A DNA stretch of 64,000 nucleotides from positions 6,004 through 70,003 of the forward strand of contig CALGGB010000065.1 in assembly GCA_937880925.1 (NCBI GenBank). Direction: 5' to 3'. Shown here in pieces: positions 1 through 8,843 of the stretch. Position numbers and translations under genes: made by a program. Every line of letters starts with the position of its first letter. Positions within the stretch are counted from its first letter, which is position 1. Under the pieces are notes generated by a model that searched no databases, was not told where the DNA came from, and saw nothing but the letters and a program-made list of their open reading frames with translations. The DNA is from an uncultured Rhodospirillaceae bacterium (lineage in GTDB: Bacteria; Pseudomonadota; Alphaproteobacteria; SP197).

Positions 1-729
1 GGGAAGTGCACCGTGATGAAGGCGATCTGGAAACCGCAGACGAAGAACCCTGTGGTGAGCAGGAGGTAGCCGCGATGACCGGCGGCCTCGCGCAGGGCCT
101 GCCCGACCGACTGGTTGCTGGCGATTTCACCGACGCCGGCGTTTGACTTCGGCAGCACGAAGGCGAGCGGGATGATCGCCATGGCGGTGGCGGCGAGAGC
201 GATCAGCGCGCCCTGCCAGCCCAGCAGCGAGATCGCACCCTGTCCGCCCAGCGCGAAGATCACCTGGCCCAGCGACCCTGAGGCAGTGCCAAGGCCCAGC
301 GCCAGCGAGCGCATGTGCGGCGGCACGACGCGGGCCATGGCCGCCAGCGCCAGGGAAAAGCCGGTGAAGGCGACGCCGATGCCCACCGCCACGCCCGCGA
401 CCAGGGTGAAAAGCACGCTGTTGTCGACCACGCCCATGGCCCAGGTCGCGGCACCAAAGATCAGCGCGCCGAGCACGATGACGCGGGCCGGGCCGTAGCG
501 GTCGGCCAGCGCGCCCGCGACCGGCGCGGCAAGGCCCCACACCAGGTTCTGCACGGAAAGGGCGATGGAGAAGGTCTCCCGACTCCAGCCCTGCGCTTCC
601 GTGATGGGATCGAGGAAAAAGCCGAAGACCGAGCGGATGCCGAAGCCGATCACGGCGATGGCGCAACCGGCCAGGATCACGACCATCGGCGTGCGCCAAC
701 CGGCTGCGGGAGCGGCAGAAGATGTCGAC
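1..729 (-). CDS. MFS transporter, N-terminal portion; the gene runs off the window start
   Basis: The reverse-strand frame reads MSTSSAAPAAGWRTPMVVILAGCAIAVIGFGIRSVFGFFLDPITEAQGWSRETFSIALSVQNLVWGLAAPVAGALADRYGPARVIVLGALIFGAATWAMGVVDNSVLFTLVAGVAVGIGVAFTGFSLALAAMARVVPPHMRSL... Multiple hydrophobic helices and an MFS-like DRYG motif. The start codon is the complement of 727-729. The frame continues past position 1. Confidence 0.6.
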
Positions 730-830
730 ATGCGAACTCTAAAGGCGGGCCCGCCAAACGGCGGTGGGGCTTGCAGGACCCGAACTAGACACCCTCATGA
801 CGTGCGGCGCAATCGCAGCGGCAGGGCCCG

Positions 831-1043
831 TCAGTCCTTCAGCAGCCGGCCGATCATGCGGCCTGCCGTGCGCGCGGGATGTTCGCCAGGCTGGCCCTCG
901 CCGGCGGCCTGGCGCGCGGACTGCAGCTTGCGCTCGATCACAGGCTTGGCCTGGGTGTGATAGACCTCGGCCGCCTTGGCGCGGACCTTGGGGTCGGCGG
1001 CAACGCGGCGGGCGGCCATGGTGAGGAGCTGGCGCAGGATCAT
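831..1043 (-). CDS. Small hypothetical protein (70 aa)
   Basis: A 70-aa ORF in the gap between the MFS gene and the downstream oxygenase-like gene. Basic/Ala-rich; no recognisable family. Confidence 0.25.
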   Translation of the reverse strand: MILRQLLTMAARRVAADPKVRAKAAEVYHTQAKPVIERKLQSARQAAGEGQPGEHPARTAGRMIGRLLKD

Positions 1044-1052
1044 GGGGCCATT

Positions 1053-1700
1053 CTACAGCATCGGCACGGTCACCGCACCGACCGCGTCGGGGGCAGGCGC
1101 GAAGAACAGCAGGATCACCAGGCGGCCGTCCTCGATGGTGGTGCCGAAGCCGTCGCCGCTGGAATGCCAGAACCAGGGCCGGAAGAGGACGCAGCGGTTG
1201 AACTTCATCGGCAGGGTATGGGTCAGCTCCCAGGCGTCGGGGTCGCTGCCGTTCTCGACCGTCAGGATCTCCATCAGCGCCTCGCGCGGGGTCGGCTTGC
1301 CGTAGATCGCCTGGGCCTCGGCGTCGTCCAGCGGCGCACGGTCGGTGCCGTAGCGCAGGTTGCGGAAAAAGTCGGTGCCTCCGGCGGCATCCTCGTCGCG
1401 CGAGAGATAGATGATGCCTGCCCAGGTGGCGCCGGGATCGACATGGACCCGGCCGCGCCGCTCATCGGCCGCCAGGGTCAGACGCGCGCAGCCGTGGGAC
1501 CACTTGTTGATGCCGATGATCTTCTCGCCGACAAGCTGGCTGAACATCTGGTCGCTGCCGGGCCATGCCATCGACTGCCTGGAATTGCGACCGGGATAAT
1601 AGACCTGCCCGGGATCGGGATAGTCGAGACCCAGCGCCACCTCGCGCGCCTTGTCGGGGCGGTCGAAGAAGTCGTCGATCATCATGAACGAACGCTGCAT
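1053..1700 (-). CDS. Hypothetical protein with 2OG-Fe(II)-oxygenase-like HxD...H motifs
   Basis: A 215-aa ORF with VHVDPG (H-x-D) and a later WFWHSSGDG histidine, consistent with a double-stranded beta-helix oxygenase fold. No closer family recognised. Confidence 0.45.
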   Translation of the reverse strand: MQRSFMMIDDFFDRPDKAREVALGLDYPDPGQVYYPGRNSRQSMAWPGSDQMFSQLVGEKIIGINKWSHGCARLTLAADERRGRVHVDPGATWAGIIYLSRDEDAAGGTDFFRNLRYGTDRAPLDDAEAQAIYGKPTPREALMEILTVENGSDPDAWELTHTLPMKFNRCVLFRPWFWHSSGDGFGTTIEDGRLVILLFFAPAPDAVGAVTVPML

Positions 1701-1706
1701 GGGAGG

Positions 1707-2651
1707 TCAGCCTGCCATCAGGCGGTCGATTTCGGTCAGTTCGTCGCCGCTCATGCGCCAGGCCATGACCGCCTTGGCATTGGCCCTGGCCTGAGACGGC
1801 TTGGTCGCACCGCAAATGACCGTGGAGACGACATCGTGGCTGGCCAGCCAGCCGATCGCCAGTTCGAGAAGACTGTGGCCATGCGCGGCGGCAAAAGCCT
1901 CCAGCCGGTCGACCCTGTCGAAGTTGGCATCGCTCAGCACCTCGGCGTAGCGCGGATCATCGCCCGCCAGCCGCATCGATTTCGCGGGCCGCTTGCCCCG
2001 GCTGTACTTGCCCGAGAGCAGGCCCATGGCGAGCGGGAAATAGGGCATGATGCCCAGACCGAAACGGCGTGCGGCGGGCACCACCTCGTCCTCCACGCCG
2101 CGGCTGAACAGGTTCCACTCGCTCTGGCAGACCACGTAGGGGTTGAAGCGGCGATCGGCGGAGGTCCAGGCGGCGTCGGCAATCTGCCAGCCGGCATAGT
2201 TGGAGCACCCGGCATAGCGGATCTTGCCCTGGGCGGTGAGGCGGTCGAAAGCCTCCAGGGTCTCCTCGATGGGTGTGACGGGATCGGGCGCATGGTGCAG
2301 GTAGAGGTCGATCCAGTCAGTCTTCAGCCGCTTCAGGCTGGCCTCGCAGGAGCGGATGATGTGGTCGCGCGAACCGCGCCGGACATGGGCGGGTGTAGCC
2401 GCCGTCTTCATGCCCACCTTGGAGACCACCACGACATCCTTGCGCTGCTTGCCCAGCGCCTTGCCCAGGATCGTCTCGGAAACGCCGTCGTCATAACAAT
2501 CGGCCGTGTCGAACAGCGAGATGCCGGCATCAAGCGCACCGTGGACGACCTTGGTCCCCTGCGCTTCATCGACCCACCAGCCCAGGGTGTTGCAGCCCAT
2601 GCCGGCCAGAGAAACGGAGAGGCCCGAGCGGCCCATGGTGCGGAATTCCAT
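1707..2651 (-). CDS. Aldo/keto reductase family oxidoreductase
   Basis: 314 aa. The N-terminus MEFRTMGRSGLSVSLAGMGCNTLG...FDTADCYDDGVSETILGKAL is the classic AKR signature. Stops 3 nt before the start of the upstream gene. Confidence 0.85.
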   Translation of the reverse strand: MEFRTMGRSGLSVSLAGMGCNTLGWWVDEAQGTKVVHGALDAGISLFDTADCYDDGVSETILGKALGKQRKDVVVVSKVGMKTAATPAHVRRGSRDHIIRSCEASLKRLKTDWIDLYLHHAPDPVTPIEETLEAFDRLTAQGKIRYAGCSNYAGWQIADAAWTSADRRFNPYVVCQSEWNLFSRGVEDEVVPAARRFGLGIMPYFPLAMGLLSGKYSRGKRPAKSMRLAGDDPRYAEVLSDANFDRVDRLEAFAAAHGHSLLELAIGWLASHDVVSTVICGATKPSQARANAKAVMAWRMSGDELTEIDRLMAG

Positions 2652-2752
2652 TGCGGCGATCCTCCAAAACAGGACGCCATCCTAGACGGCCCGCGCCGGG
2701 CCGGTCCACGGCGGCGGTTGCCGCGCCCGAGCCCGCAGGCTAGTTCAGAACC

Positions 2753-3382
2753 ATGAACCACGATTTTGCGATCAACGAGGCCCTGCGCGCGGCGATGGCG
2801 CAGCGGCTGGCGGCTTTCCCGCGCCAGAGCCAGAGCGGCGAAGGCCTCAAGCGCGCGGCCGTCACCATGACCGTGGTCGATGACGGCTATGGCCAGGGCG
2901 CCTTCATCCTGACCAAGCGGGCTCCGCGCATGAACCGCCACGCCGGACAGTGGGCCCTGCCCGGCGGCCGCCTGGACCCAGGCGAGACGCCCGAGCAGGC
3001 GGGCCTGCGCGAGCTCCACGAGGAGGTCAATCTCGAGCTTGGTGCAGCGGCAATCCTGGGGCGCCTTGACGACTATCCCACCCGTTCGGGTTATCTCATC
3101 ACGCCAGTGGTGATCTGGGCCGGCAGCAAGGCCGAGCTCGTGCCCAACCCGGCCGAGGTCGCCTCGATCCACCGCATCGCTTTCCGCGATCTTTTCGTCC
3201 CGGGATCGCCCGAGTTCGTCAGTATTCCCGAGAGCGACCGCCCGGTGATCCGCATGCCGCTGGCCGGCAGCAGCATCCATGCGCCCACCGCCGCCGTGCT
3301 CTACCAGTTCCGCGAGGTGGCGCTGGCTGGCCGCGCGACGCGCGTTGCGCACCTGGAACAGCCGGTCTTCGCCTGGCGATAG
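2753..3382 (+). CDS. NUDIX hydrolase (CoA pyrophosphatase-like)
   Basis: 209 aa. Nudix box GGRLDPGETPEQAGLRELHEEVNL (GX5EX7REUXEEXGU). Confidence 0.8.
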   Translation: MNHDFAINEALRAAMAQRLAAFPRQSQSGEGLKRAAVTMTVVDDGYGQGAFILTKRAPRMNRHAGQWALPGGRLDPGETPEQAGLRELHEEVNLELGAAAILGRLDDYPTRSGYLITPVVIWAGSKAELVPNPAEVASIHRIAFRDLFVPGSPEFVSIPESDRPVIRMPLAGSSIHAPTAAVLYQFREVALAGRATRVAHLEQPVFAWR

Positions 3383-3392
3383 AACGCGCAGG

Positions 3393-3417
3393 GGAACGCT
3401 CCGGCGCACCCGGCGTT
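3393..3417 (+). promoter_or_regulatory. Candidate EcfG-type general-stress-response promoter (GGAAC-N16-CGTT)
   Basis: GGAAC at 3393-3397, a 16-nt spacer, then CGTT at 3414-3417, about 65 nt upstream of the Pmp3/YqaE start at 3483. Matches the alphaproteobacterial sigma-EcfG consensus. Confidence 0.4.
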
Positions 3418-3482
3418 GTATTCAGCGACATCAGCGCGCATATGCGCTCGACTCCACAACATGATCCATTCCGGGGGCCGAC

Positions 3483-3641
3483 ATGGATATCATTCGCATC
3501 ATCTGCGCCATCTTGCTGCCGCCGCTCGGCGTCTTCCTTCAGGTCGGCTTCGGGCTGCATTTCTGGCTCAACATCCTGCTGACGCTGTGCGGCTATCTGC
3601 CGGGCATCATCCATGCCATCTGGATCATTGCAAAACGCTGA
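3483..3641 (+). CDS. YqaE/Pmp3 family small membrane protein (52 aa)
   Basis: MDIIRIICAILLPPLGVFLQVGFGLHFWLNILLTLCGYLPGIIHAIWIIAKR. Two TM helices; typical Pmp3/UPF0057 proteolipid. Not in the ORF track because it is under 60 aa. Confidence 0.75.
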   Translation: MDIIRIICAILLPPLGVFLQVGFGLHFWLNILLTLCGYLPGIIHAIWIIAKR

Positions 3642-3687
3642 TCCCGACACCCAGAGGCGGCTGGACCGGCTGCGCGCCCTGGCGCGT

Positions 3688-3978
3688 ATGCAGGACAGCC
3701 GCTTCGGCCTGCTTGGCATCCGCTTCGGCTGGGACAGTGTCATCGGGCTGATTCCCGGTATCGGCGATACCGTGACGACGGCGCTTGCGACCTATGTTGT
3801 GGTCGAGGCGGCGCGTCTTGGTGCGTCCAAACCCGTGCTCGCGCGCATGGCCTTCAATGTCGCCGTCGACTTCGTGCTGGGCGCGACACCGCTGATCGGC
3901 GACCTGGCCGATGTCGCCTTCAAGGCCAACCTGCGCAACGTGGCGCTGCTCGAACGCCACCTCAACGGCACCAGCTAG
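3688..3978 (+). CDS. DUF4112-like membrane protein
   Basis: MQDSRFGLLGIRFGWDSVIGLIPGIGDTVTTALATYVVVEAARLG... The ORF-track start at 3613 would overlap the Pmp3 gene by 29 nt, so I prefer the internal ATG at 3688. The start is uncertain. Confidence 0.5.
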   Translation: MQDSRFGLLGIRFGWDSVIGLIPGIGDTVTTALATYVVVEAARLGASKPVLARMAFNVAVDFVLGATPLIGDLADVAFKANLRNVALLERHLNGTS

Positions 3979-4039
3979 CCCTGCAACAAAAGGAGCGCTC
4001 CCACGTTGGTAGGGACAAGACACCAACGGGAGTACGCCC

Positions 4040-4492
4040 ATGACCACTACTTCTCCAAACGTCGCGGCGGCCCAGGCCGACGTGAAGCACAACGCCGAGC
4101 GCCTCAAGGCCGACGGCAGCGCCCTGGTCGACGACCTCAAGGGCCAGGCCGAGGAATACGGCGAGGTCCGCAAGGATCAGTTCGCCGATCGCGTCGGCGG
4201 CATCGCCGATACCCTGCGCAGCACCTCCAAGAAGTTCCGCAAGCAGGACGAAGGCGCCGCTGCCGGCCTGACCGACACGGCGGCCGACCAGCTCGACCGC
4301 GTCTCGGCGTCGCTGCGCAACAAGGACCTTTCGACCATGATGTCGGAAGCGAGCGACCTGGCGCGCAGTCATCCGGCGATCTTCCTGGGCGGCGCCGTTG
4401 CCCTGGGCTTTGTTGCCGGCCGCTTCCTGCGCGCCAGCAGCGAGGAAGTGCAGGACGACCATCAGGACATGCCCGCCACGCCGGGCGTCTGA
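4040..4492 (+). CDS. Stress-associated protein with a C-terminal membrane anchor (ElaB/YqjD/DUF883-like)
   Basis: 150 aa. Charged, helical N-terminal region and a single C-terminal TM (AIFLGGAVALGFVAGRFL). First of three conserved co-oriented genes. Confidence 0.55.
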   Translation: MTTTSPNVAAAQADVKHNAERLKADGSALVDDLKGQAEEYGEVRKDQFADRVGGIADTLRSTSKKFRKQDEGAAAGLTDTAADQLDRVSASLRNKDLSTMMSEASDLARSHPAIFLGGAVALGFVAGRFLRASSEEVQDDHQDMPATPGV

Positions 4493-4495
4493 TCC

Positions 4496-4918
4496 ATGGA
4501 ACGGGGCGAAAGCCACAGGTCCGAGAACCACAGGCCTGAAGGCCATCGGACGGTGATCGATATCCTGCGCGCGCTGGGTGACGACCTGCAGAGGCTGGTC
4601 GGCATGCAGATCGAGCTGGCGATCGCCGAGGTCCACCAGAAGATCAGCCAGGCGGGCCACGCCCTGCTGGCACTGGCCTGTGGCCTGCTTCTGGCGCTGG
4701 CCGCGTTCCTGGTCGTGCTTCAGGCCGTGGTCCAGGCCCTGGCGCAGTCGATGCCGGCCTGGCTTGCCGCAGCCCTGATCGGCGGTGTGGTTGCCGCCGT
4801 GGCGGCAGTCTGGATCTGGGCCGCCCTGCGCGCCCTGCACACCGAAAACCTCATGCCGCGCCGCACGATGGATGCCATCCGGCGCGACAAGCAACTCATC
4901 AAGGAGACACTCTCATGA
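4496..4918 (+). CDS. Phage holin family (Holin-X-like) small membrane protein
   Basis: 140 aa. Two predicted TM helices after a charged N-terminus (DILRALGDDLQRLVGMQIELAIAEV...). Begins 4 nt after the preceding gene. Confidence 0.55.
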   Translation: MERGESHRSENHRPEGHRTVIDILRALGDDLQRLVGMQIELAIAEVHQKISQAGHALLALACGLLLALAAFLVVLQAVVQALAQSMPAWLAAALIGGVVAAVAAVWIWAALRALHTENLMPRRTMDAIRRDKQLIKETLS

Positions 4919-5694
4919 CCACCCAGCATGGCGTCGAAAACGCCACCACCCAGACCAACCGTACGCCCGAACAGATTCAGCGCGAGTTGGGCAACACCCG
5001 TTCGCGCATCGATAACGGCCTGGACGAACTCGACAATCGTCTGGGCAGCGGTGACGCGATCAAGGAAGCCGCCAGTCACATGCGCGACAGCGCCGCGGAG
5101 ATTTCCTCCAGCGTCGGCCGCGTGATCCGCGAGAACCCCGTGCCCGCATTCCTGATCGGTGCCGGTGCCGCCTGGATCGCGATGAGCGCGCTTTCCAACA
5201 CCCGCCGCGGCCAGGAAGTGCGCGCCCGGGTCGGCGAGCGGGCCCATGATGTTGCCGTGCGCGCCGGCGATCAGGCCGAAGGCCTGCGCCATCGCGCCGA
5301 TGCCTTCAAGCAGCGTGCCGGCGAAACGGTCGAGCAGGCCCGCCAGCGCGCCATCGATGCCGGCCATCGTGTCCGCGAGAGTGCCGGCCAGGTCGCAGGC
5401 AAGGCAACCGACGCCTTCGAGAGCCAGCCCCTGCTGATCGGTGCCCTGGGCATCGCCGTGGGTGCGGCCATCGGCGCCAGCATCCCCTCGACCCGCCGTG
5501 AGAACGAGCTGGTCGGCCCGCTGCGCGACCGTCTGAAGAACGATGCGGTCGACTACGGGCGCGAGCAGATCCAGCGCGCCGGCGATGCCGCCCACGAAGC
5601 CATCGAGGGTGTCCGCGAGGAGACCAGCAAGGCGGTCAAGGACATGAAGGCCGAAAACAACGACAAGAACACGACGGCCAAGGCCGCGAGCTGA
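4915..5694 (+). CDS. DUF3618 domain-containing protein
   Basis: 259 aa. The N-terminus TPEQIQRELGNTRSRIDNGLDELDNRL is typical of DUF3618. Central TM (AFLIGAGAAWIAMSAL). Its start overlaps the preceding stop by 4 nt (ATGA). Confidence 0.6.
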   Translation: MTTQHGVENATTQTNRTPEQIQRELGNTRSRIDNGLDELDNRLGSGDAIKEAASHMRDSAAEISSSVGRVIRENPVPAFLIGAGAAWIAMSALSNTRRGQEVRARVGERAHDVAVRAGDQAEGLRHRADAFKQRAGETVEQARQRAIDAGHRVRESAGQVAGKATDAFESQPLLIGALGIAVGAAIGASIPSTRRENELVGPLRDRLKNDAVDYGREQIQRAGDAAHEAIEGVREETSKAVKDMKAENNDKNTTAKAAS

Positions 5695-5718
5695 TCGCGG
5701 CAGGCGCCTTGCGATTCA

Positions 5719-5750
5719 GGGGCGGTCCTTCGGGGCCGCCCCTTTCTTTT
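5719..5750 (+). terminator. Rho-independent terminator between convergent genes
   Basis: Stem GGGGCGG (5719-5725) pairs with CCGCCCC (5736-5742), followed by TTTCTTTT. Sits between the DUF3618 gene (+) and the molybdopterin oxidoreductase (-). Confidence 0.5.
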
Positions 5751-5754
5751 GTCC

Positions 5755-7842
5755 TCAGGCCGGGCGCAGCCAGACGGCCGTGTCGTGGAACAGGCCGCCG
5801 CCTACCGGGGCGCCGGGTTCTGCCGAAACCAGCAGGTTGATGCCGATGCCTTCCTCGAAGGCGGCGTTGGGCCAGACGCTTTCGACGATGGCGGTGCCGG
5901 CCACCATGCCGTCGAAGAGTTCGGCGTGGAGAACCAGGCTGCCCTTGGCATTGCCCATGCGCACCCGCTCGCCCTCGCCGATCGCCAGGCGCGCGGCGTC
6001 TTCAGGATGCAGCTTCACGGTAGGCCGGCCTTCGCGCGCCCTGGAGGTCGGCGTCTCGGTGAAGCTGGAATTGAGAAAGTTGCGCGCCGGAGCAGTGACC
6101 AGACGGAAGGGCCGCTCCGCATCAGCGCGGTCGATGACGTCCCAGTGATCGGGGAAGCCCGGCATGTTGCCCGGCGTGCCTTCCGGCCCGAAACGGTTGA
6201 GCGGATGGGACCAGTCGGCGCGGAAATGGAACTTGCCATCGGCATGGCCAAAGCCGTCGAGAAAGTGAGACGTGCGGAAACCCGGCTGGATGTCGATCCA
6301 GCGCGCCGCTTCCAGGGCGCCCAGATCGCCATGACCGGAATCGCGCAGGGTCCGGTCGGCGAGTTCGCGCGGGCTCATGGCAAAACCCTCGTGGGCGTCG
6401 GCGACGCCCAGACGGCGGGCGAGATCGCAGATCACCTCGTGGTTGGAGCGGCAGCCTTCGGGCGCCTGCACCAGCTTTGGACCCCACATGATGTGCTGAT
6501 GGCCGCCGCCCTGGTAGAGGTCGTCGTGCTCCACGAACATGGTGGCGGGCAGCACGATGTCGGCGGCCTGCGCGGTCTCGGTCATGAACTGCTCGTGGAC
6601 CGCGACGAACAGGTCCTCGCGCGCGAAGCCCTTGTGCACGAGGCCCAGATCTGGCGCGACCATCATGGGGTTGGTGTTCTGGATCAGCAGGGCCGTCACA
6701 GGCGGGCCATCGCCGAGATCGCGGCGGTCGCCGGTCAGCACCGGGCCGATACGCGACTGGTCGAGCACGCGGATGTCGCGGTCGCGCAGGTCCAGGCCCT
6801 CGATCACCGTGCGGTCCCAGCCGTAGATCGCACCGTTGTTGTGGAAGGCGCCGCCGCCCTCGTGGCTCCAGGCGCCGGTGACGGTGGCGATGGAAGCTGC
6901 GGCATGCATGGCGACGGCCCCGTTGCGCCCGCGGCAGAAACCGTAGCCCAGGCGGAAGAAGGTGCGCGGTGTGGTGCCGACGAGACGCGCGAAGGCCTCG
7001 ATCTGTTCGGCCGGTACGCCGCAGATGGCTTCTGCCCATTGCGGGGTGCGGCTTTCGAGGTGCGCGGCCAGGCCATCGGGATCGTCGGCGTACTGGCGCA
7101 TGTAGTCCCAGTCGGCCAGGCCGTCGCGCAGCAGGACGTGCATGACGCCGCAGGCAAGGGCCGCGTCGGTGCCGGGTTTCACGCAGAGGAACATGTCGGC
7201 CTGTTTGGCCGTACCGTTGTTGTAGGTATCGACGGCGACGATCTTCGCACCGCGTTCCTTGCGCGCCTTCACCGCGTGGGTCATGACGTTGACCTGGGTG
7301 TTGACCGGGTTGGTGCCCCAGATCACCACGACATCGCTCTTGGCCATCTCGCGGGGATCGACGCCGCGCAGGGCGCCGGTGGCGGTGATCCAGCCGGTCC
7401 AGGCGAGCGTCGTGCAGATCGTGCTGTGCTGGCCCGAGTAACGCTTGGCATGGCGCAGGCGGTTGATGCCGTCGCGCATCACGAAACCCATGGTACCGGC
7501 ATAGTAGTAGGGCCAGACCGTCTCGCTGCCGTGGCGCGCCTCGGCCTCGGCAAAACGGCTCGCGATCTCGTCCATGGCCTCGTCCCAGGAGACCGGGGCA
7601 AAGCGGCCCGAGCCCTTGGGCCCGACACGGCGCATCGGCCGGGTCAGGCGGTCGGGATGGTGCAGGCGCTCGGCGTAGCGCGCGACCTTGGCGCAGATGA
7701 CGCCGGCCGTGTAGCTGTTGTCGGCGGCGCCGCGCACCCGGCCGATGCGGGCGGGCCCCAGCACCTCGACCTCCAGCGCGCAGGTCGAGGGACAATCATG
7801 GGGACAGGCGCTGTAGCCCAGGGTGATCGCATCAGGGGCCAT
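5755..7842 (-). CDS. Molybdopterin-dependent oxidoreductase (bis-MGD family, formate-dehydrogenase/BisC-like)
   Basis: 695 aa. N-terminal 4Fe-4S cysteine motif CPHDCPSTCAL. Molybdopterin oxidoreductase and C-terminal molybdopterin dinucleotide-binding regions. Confidence 0.85.
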   Translation of the reverse strand: MAPDAITLGYSACPHDCPSTCALEVEVLGPARIGRVRGAADNSYTAGVICAKVARYAERLHHPDRLTRPMRRVGPKGSGRFAPVSWDEAMDEIASRFAEAEARHGSETVWPYYYAGTMGFVMRDGINRLRHAKRYSGQHSTICTTLAWTGWITATGALRGVDPREMAKSDVVVIWGTNPVNTQVNVMTHAVKARKERGAKIVAVDTYNNGTAKQADMFLCVKPGTDAALACGVMHVLLRDGLADWDYMRQYADDPDGLAAHLESRTPQWAEAICGVPAEQIEAFARLVGTTPRTFFRLGYGFCRGRNGAVAMHAAASIATVTGAWSHEGGGAFHNNGAIYGWDRTVIEGLDLRDRDIRVLDQSRIGPVLTGDRRDLGDGPPVTALLIQNTNPMMVAPDLGLVHKGFAREDLFVAVHEQFMTETAQAADIVLPATMFVEHDDLYQGGGHQHIMWGPKLVQAPEGCRSNHEVICDLARRLGVADAHEGFAMSPRELADRTLRDSGHGDLGALEAARWIDIQPGFRTSHFLDGFGHADGKFHFRADWSHPLNRFGPEGTPGNMPGFPDHWDVIDRADAERPFRLVTAPARNFLNSSFTETPTSRAREGRPTVKLHPEDAARLAIGEGERVRMGNAKGSLVLHAELFDGMVAGTAIVESVWPNAAFEEGIGINLLVSAEPGAPVGGGLFHDTAVWLRPA

Positions 7843-7853
7843 GGCCGCCTCTC

Positions 7854-8747
7854 CTACCAGCGCAGCAGCGGCATAACCCCGGCGGGGCGCACCCCGTGCT
7901 CGGCGCAGGCCGCGAGAACCCGATCTTGCGGCGGCGGCGCCTCGGCCGCCACACCCCAGAAATGGGCAGGCAGGCCGCCGGTGATCCAGACGGCGTCGAT
8001 GCCGGCGTTGTGCGCGCCCAGGATATCGGTCTCGATCCCGTCACCCACCGCCAGCACGCGGTCGGGCGCAATGCCGCCCATCAGGGCGAGACTCCGCCGG
8101 TACACCGCCGGATAGGGCTTGCCTTCCTGGCGCATGTCGCCGCCGCGCGCCGCGTAATCCAGCGCAATCGCTCCGGCGCAGATCTGGCGCACGGGGCCGC
8201 GCAGTACAAAACGATCCGGGTTGGCCGAGGCCATCGGCAGCCGGTGGTCCAGGCAGGCCTGGGTTTCCGCGGCAAAGGAAGCGAGCGTGTCGTCGCCGTC
8301 ACGGATGCCGCAGCAGAGCACGAAATCAGCCTGATCCAGGGCGCTGGCGCGACGGAAGCGCAGGCCCTCCAGCAGGTTGGCGTCCCGCTCGGTGCCGATG
8401 TGGTGAAAGCGGTCGCCCAGGGCGGCGTACCAGGGATCGCTTGCTTCATCGATCTCCAGGCGCAGGGCCTCGCCCGCGGTCATCACCGCATCATAGGCAT
8501 CACCGGGAACGCCAAAGCCTTCCATCTGGCGGATCACCGCATCGTTGCGCCGGGGGGCGTTGGAGACCAGCACCACCCTGCCGCCGCCCGCGCGGTAACG
8601 CTGCAGGGCATCGACCGCGGCGGGATAGGCCGTGACGCCGTTGTGCAGGCAGCCCCAGAGATCGACCAGCAGGCCGTCGTAACGGCCCGCCAGTGCCTTG
8701 AGGCCATCGACAAGCGGAATCGGCTGGGCTTCGCGCGTGGCATTCAT
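7854..8747 (-). CDS. HAD-superfamily class IIA hydrolase (TIGR01459-like)
   Basis: 297 aa. LVDLWGCLHNG (DxxG variant of the HAD motif I region) and C-terminal AVGDGIETDILGAHNAGIDAVWITGG (motif III/IV). Confidence 0.7.
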   Translation of the reverse strand: MNATREAQPIPLVDGLKALAGRYDGLLVDLWGCLHNGVTAYPAAVDALQRYRAGGGRVVLVSNAPRRNDAVIRQMEGFGVPGDAYDAVMTAGEALRLEIDEASDPWYAALGDRFHHIGTERDANLLEGLRFRRASALDQADFVLCCGIRDGDDTLASFAAETQACLDHRLPMASANPDRFVLRGPVRQICAGAIALDYAARGGDMRQEGKPYPAVYRRSLALMGGIAPDRVLAVGDGIETDILGAHNAGIDAVWITGGLPAHFWGVAAEAPPPQDRVLAACAEHGVRPAGVMPLLRW

Positions 8748-8843
8748 CGGGGCGCGGCCATGCTGGCGGAGGCGGGTTTCATGGCGGGCCTCGTGCCACA
8801 GCCCGCCCGCACCCGCAAGCGGTGCAGGCCCCTGCCCGCGCTT

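Noticed and set aside
879-2756. 625-aa ORF on the + strand
   Set aside because: Antisense to the aldo/keto reductase and the oxygenase-like gene, both of which have clear family signatures. Gly/Ala/Arg-rich, low-complexity translation typical of high-GC reverse frames.
5749-8115. 788-aa ORF on the + strand
   Set aside because: Antisense to the molybdopterin oxidoreductase, which has an unambiguous Cys motif and domain order. A GC-rich artefact.
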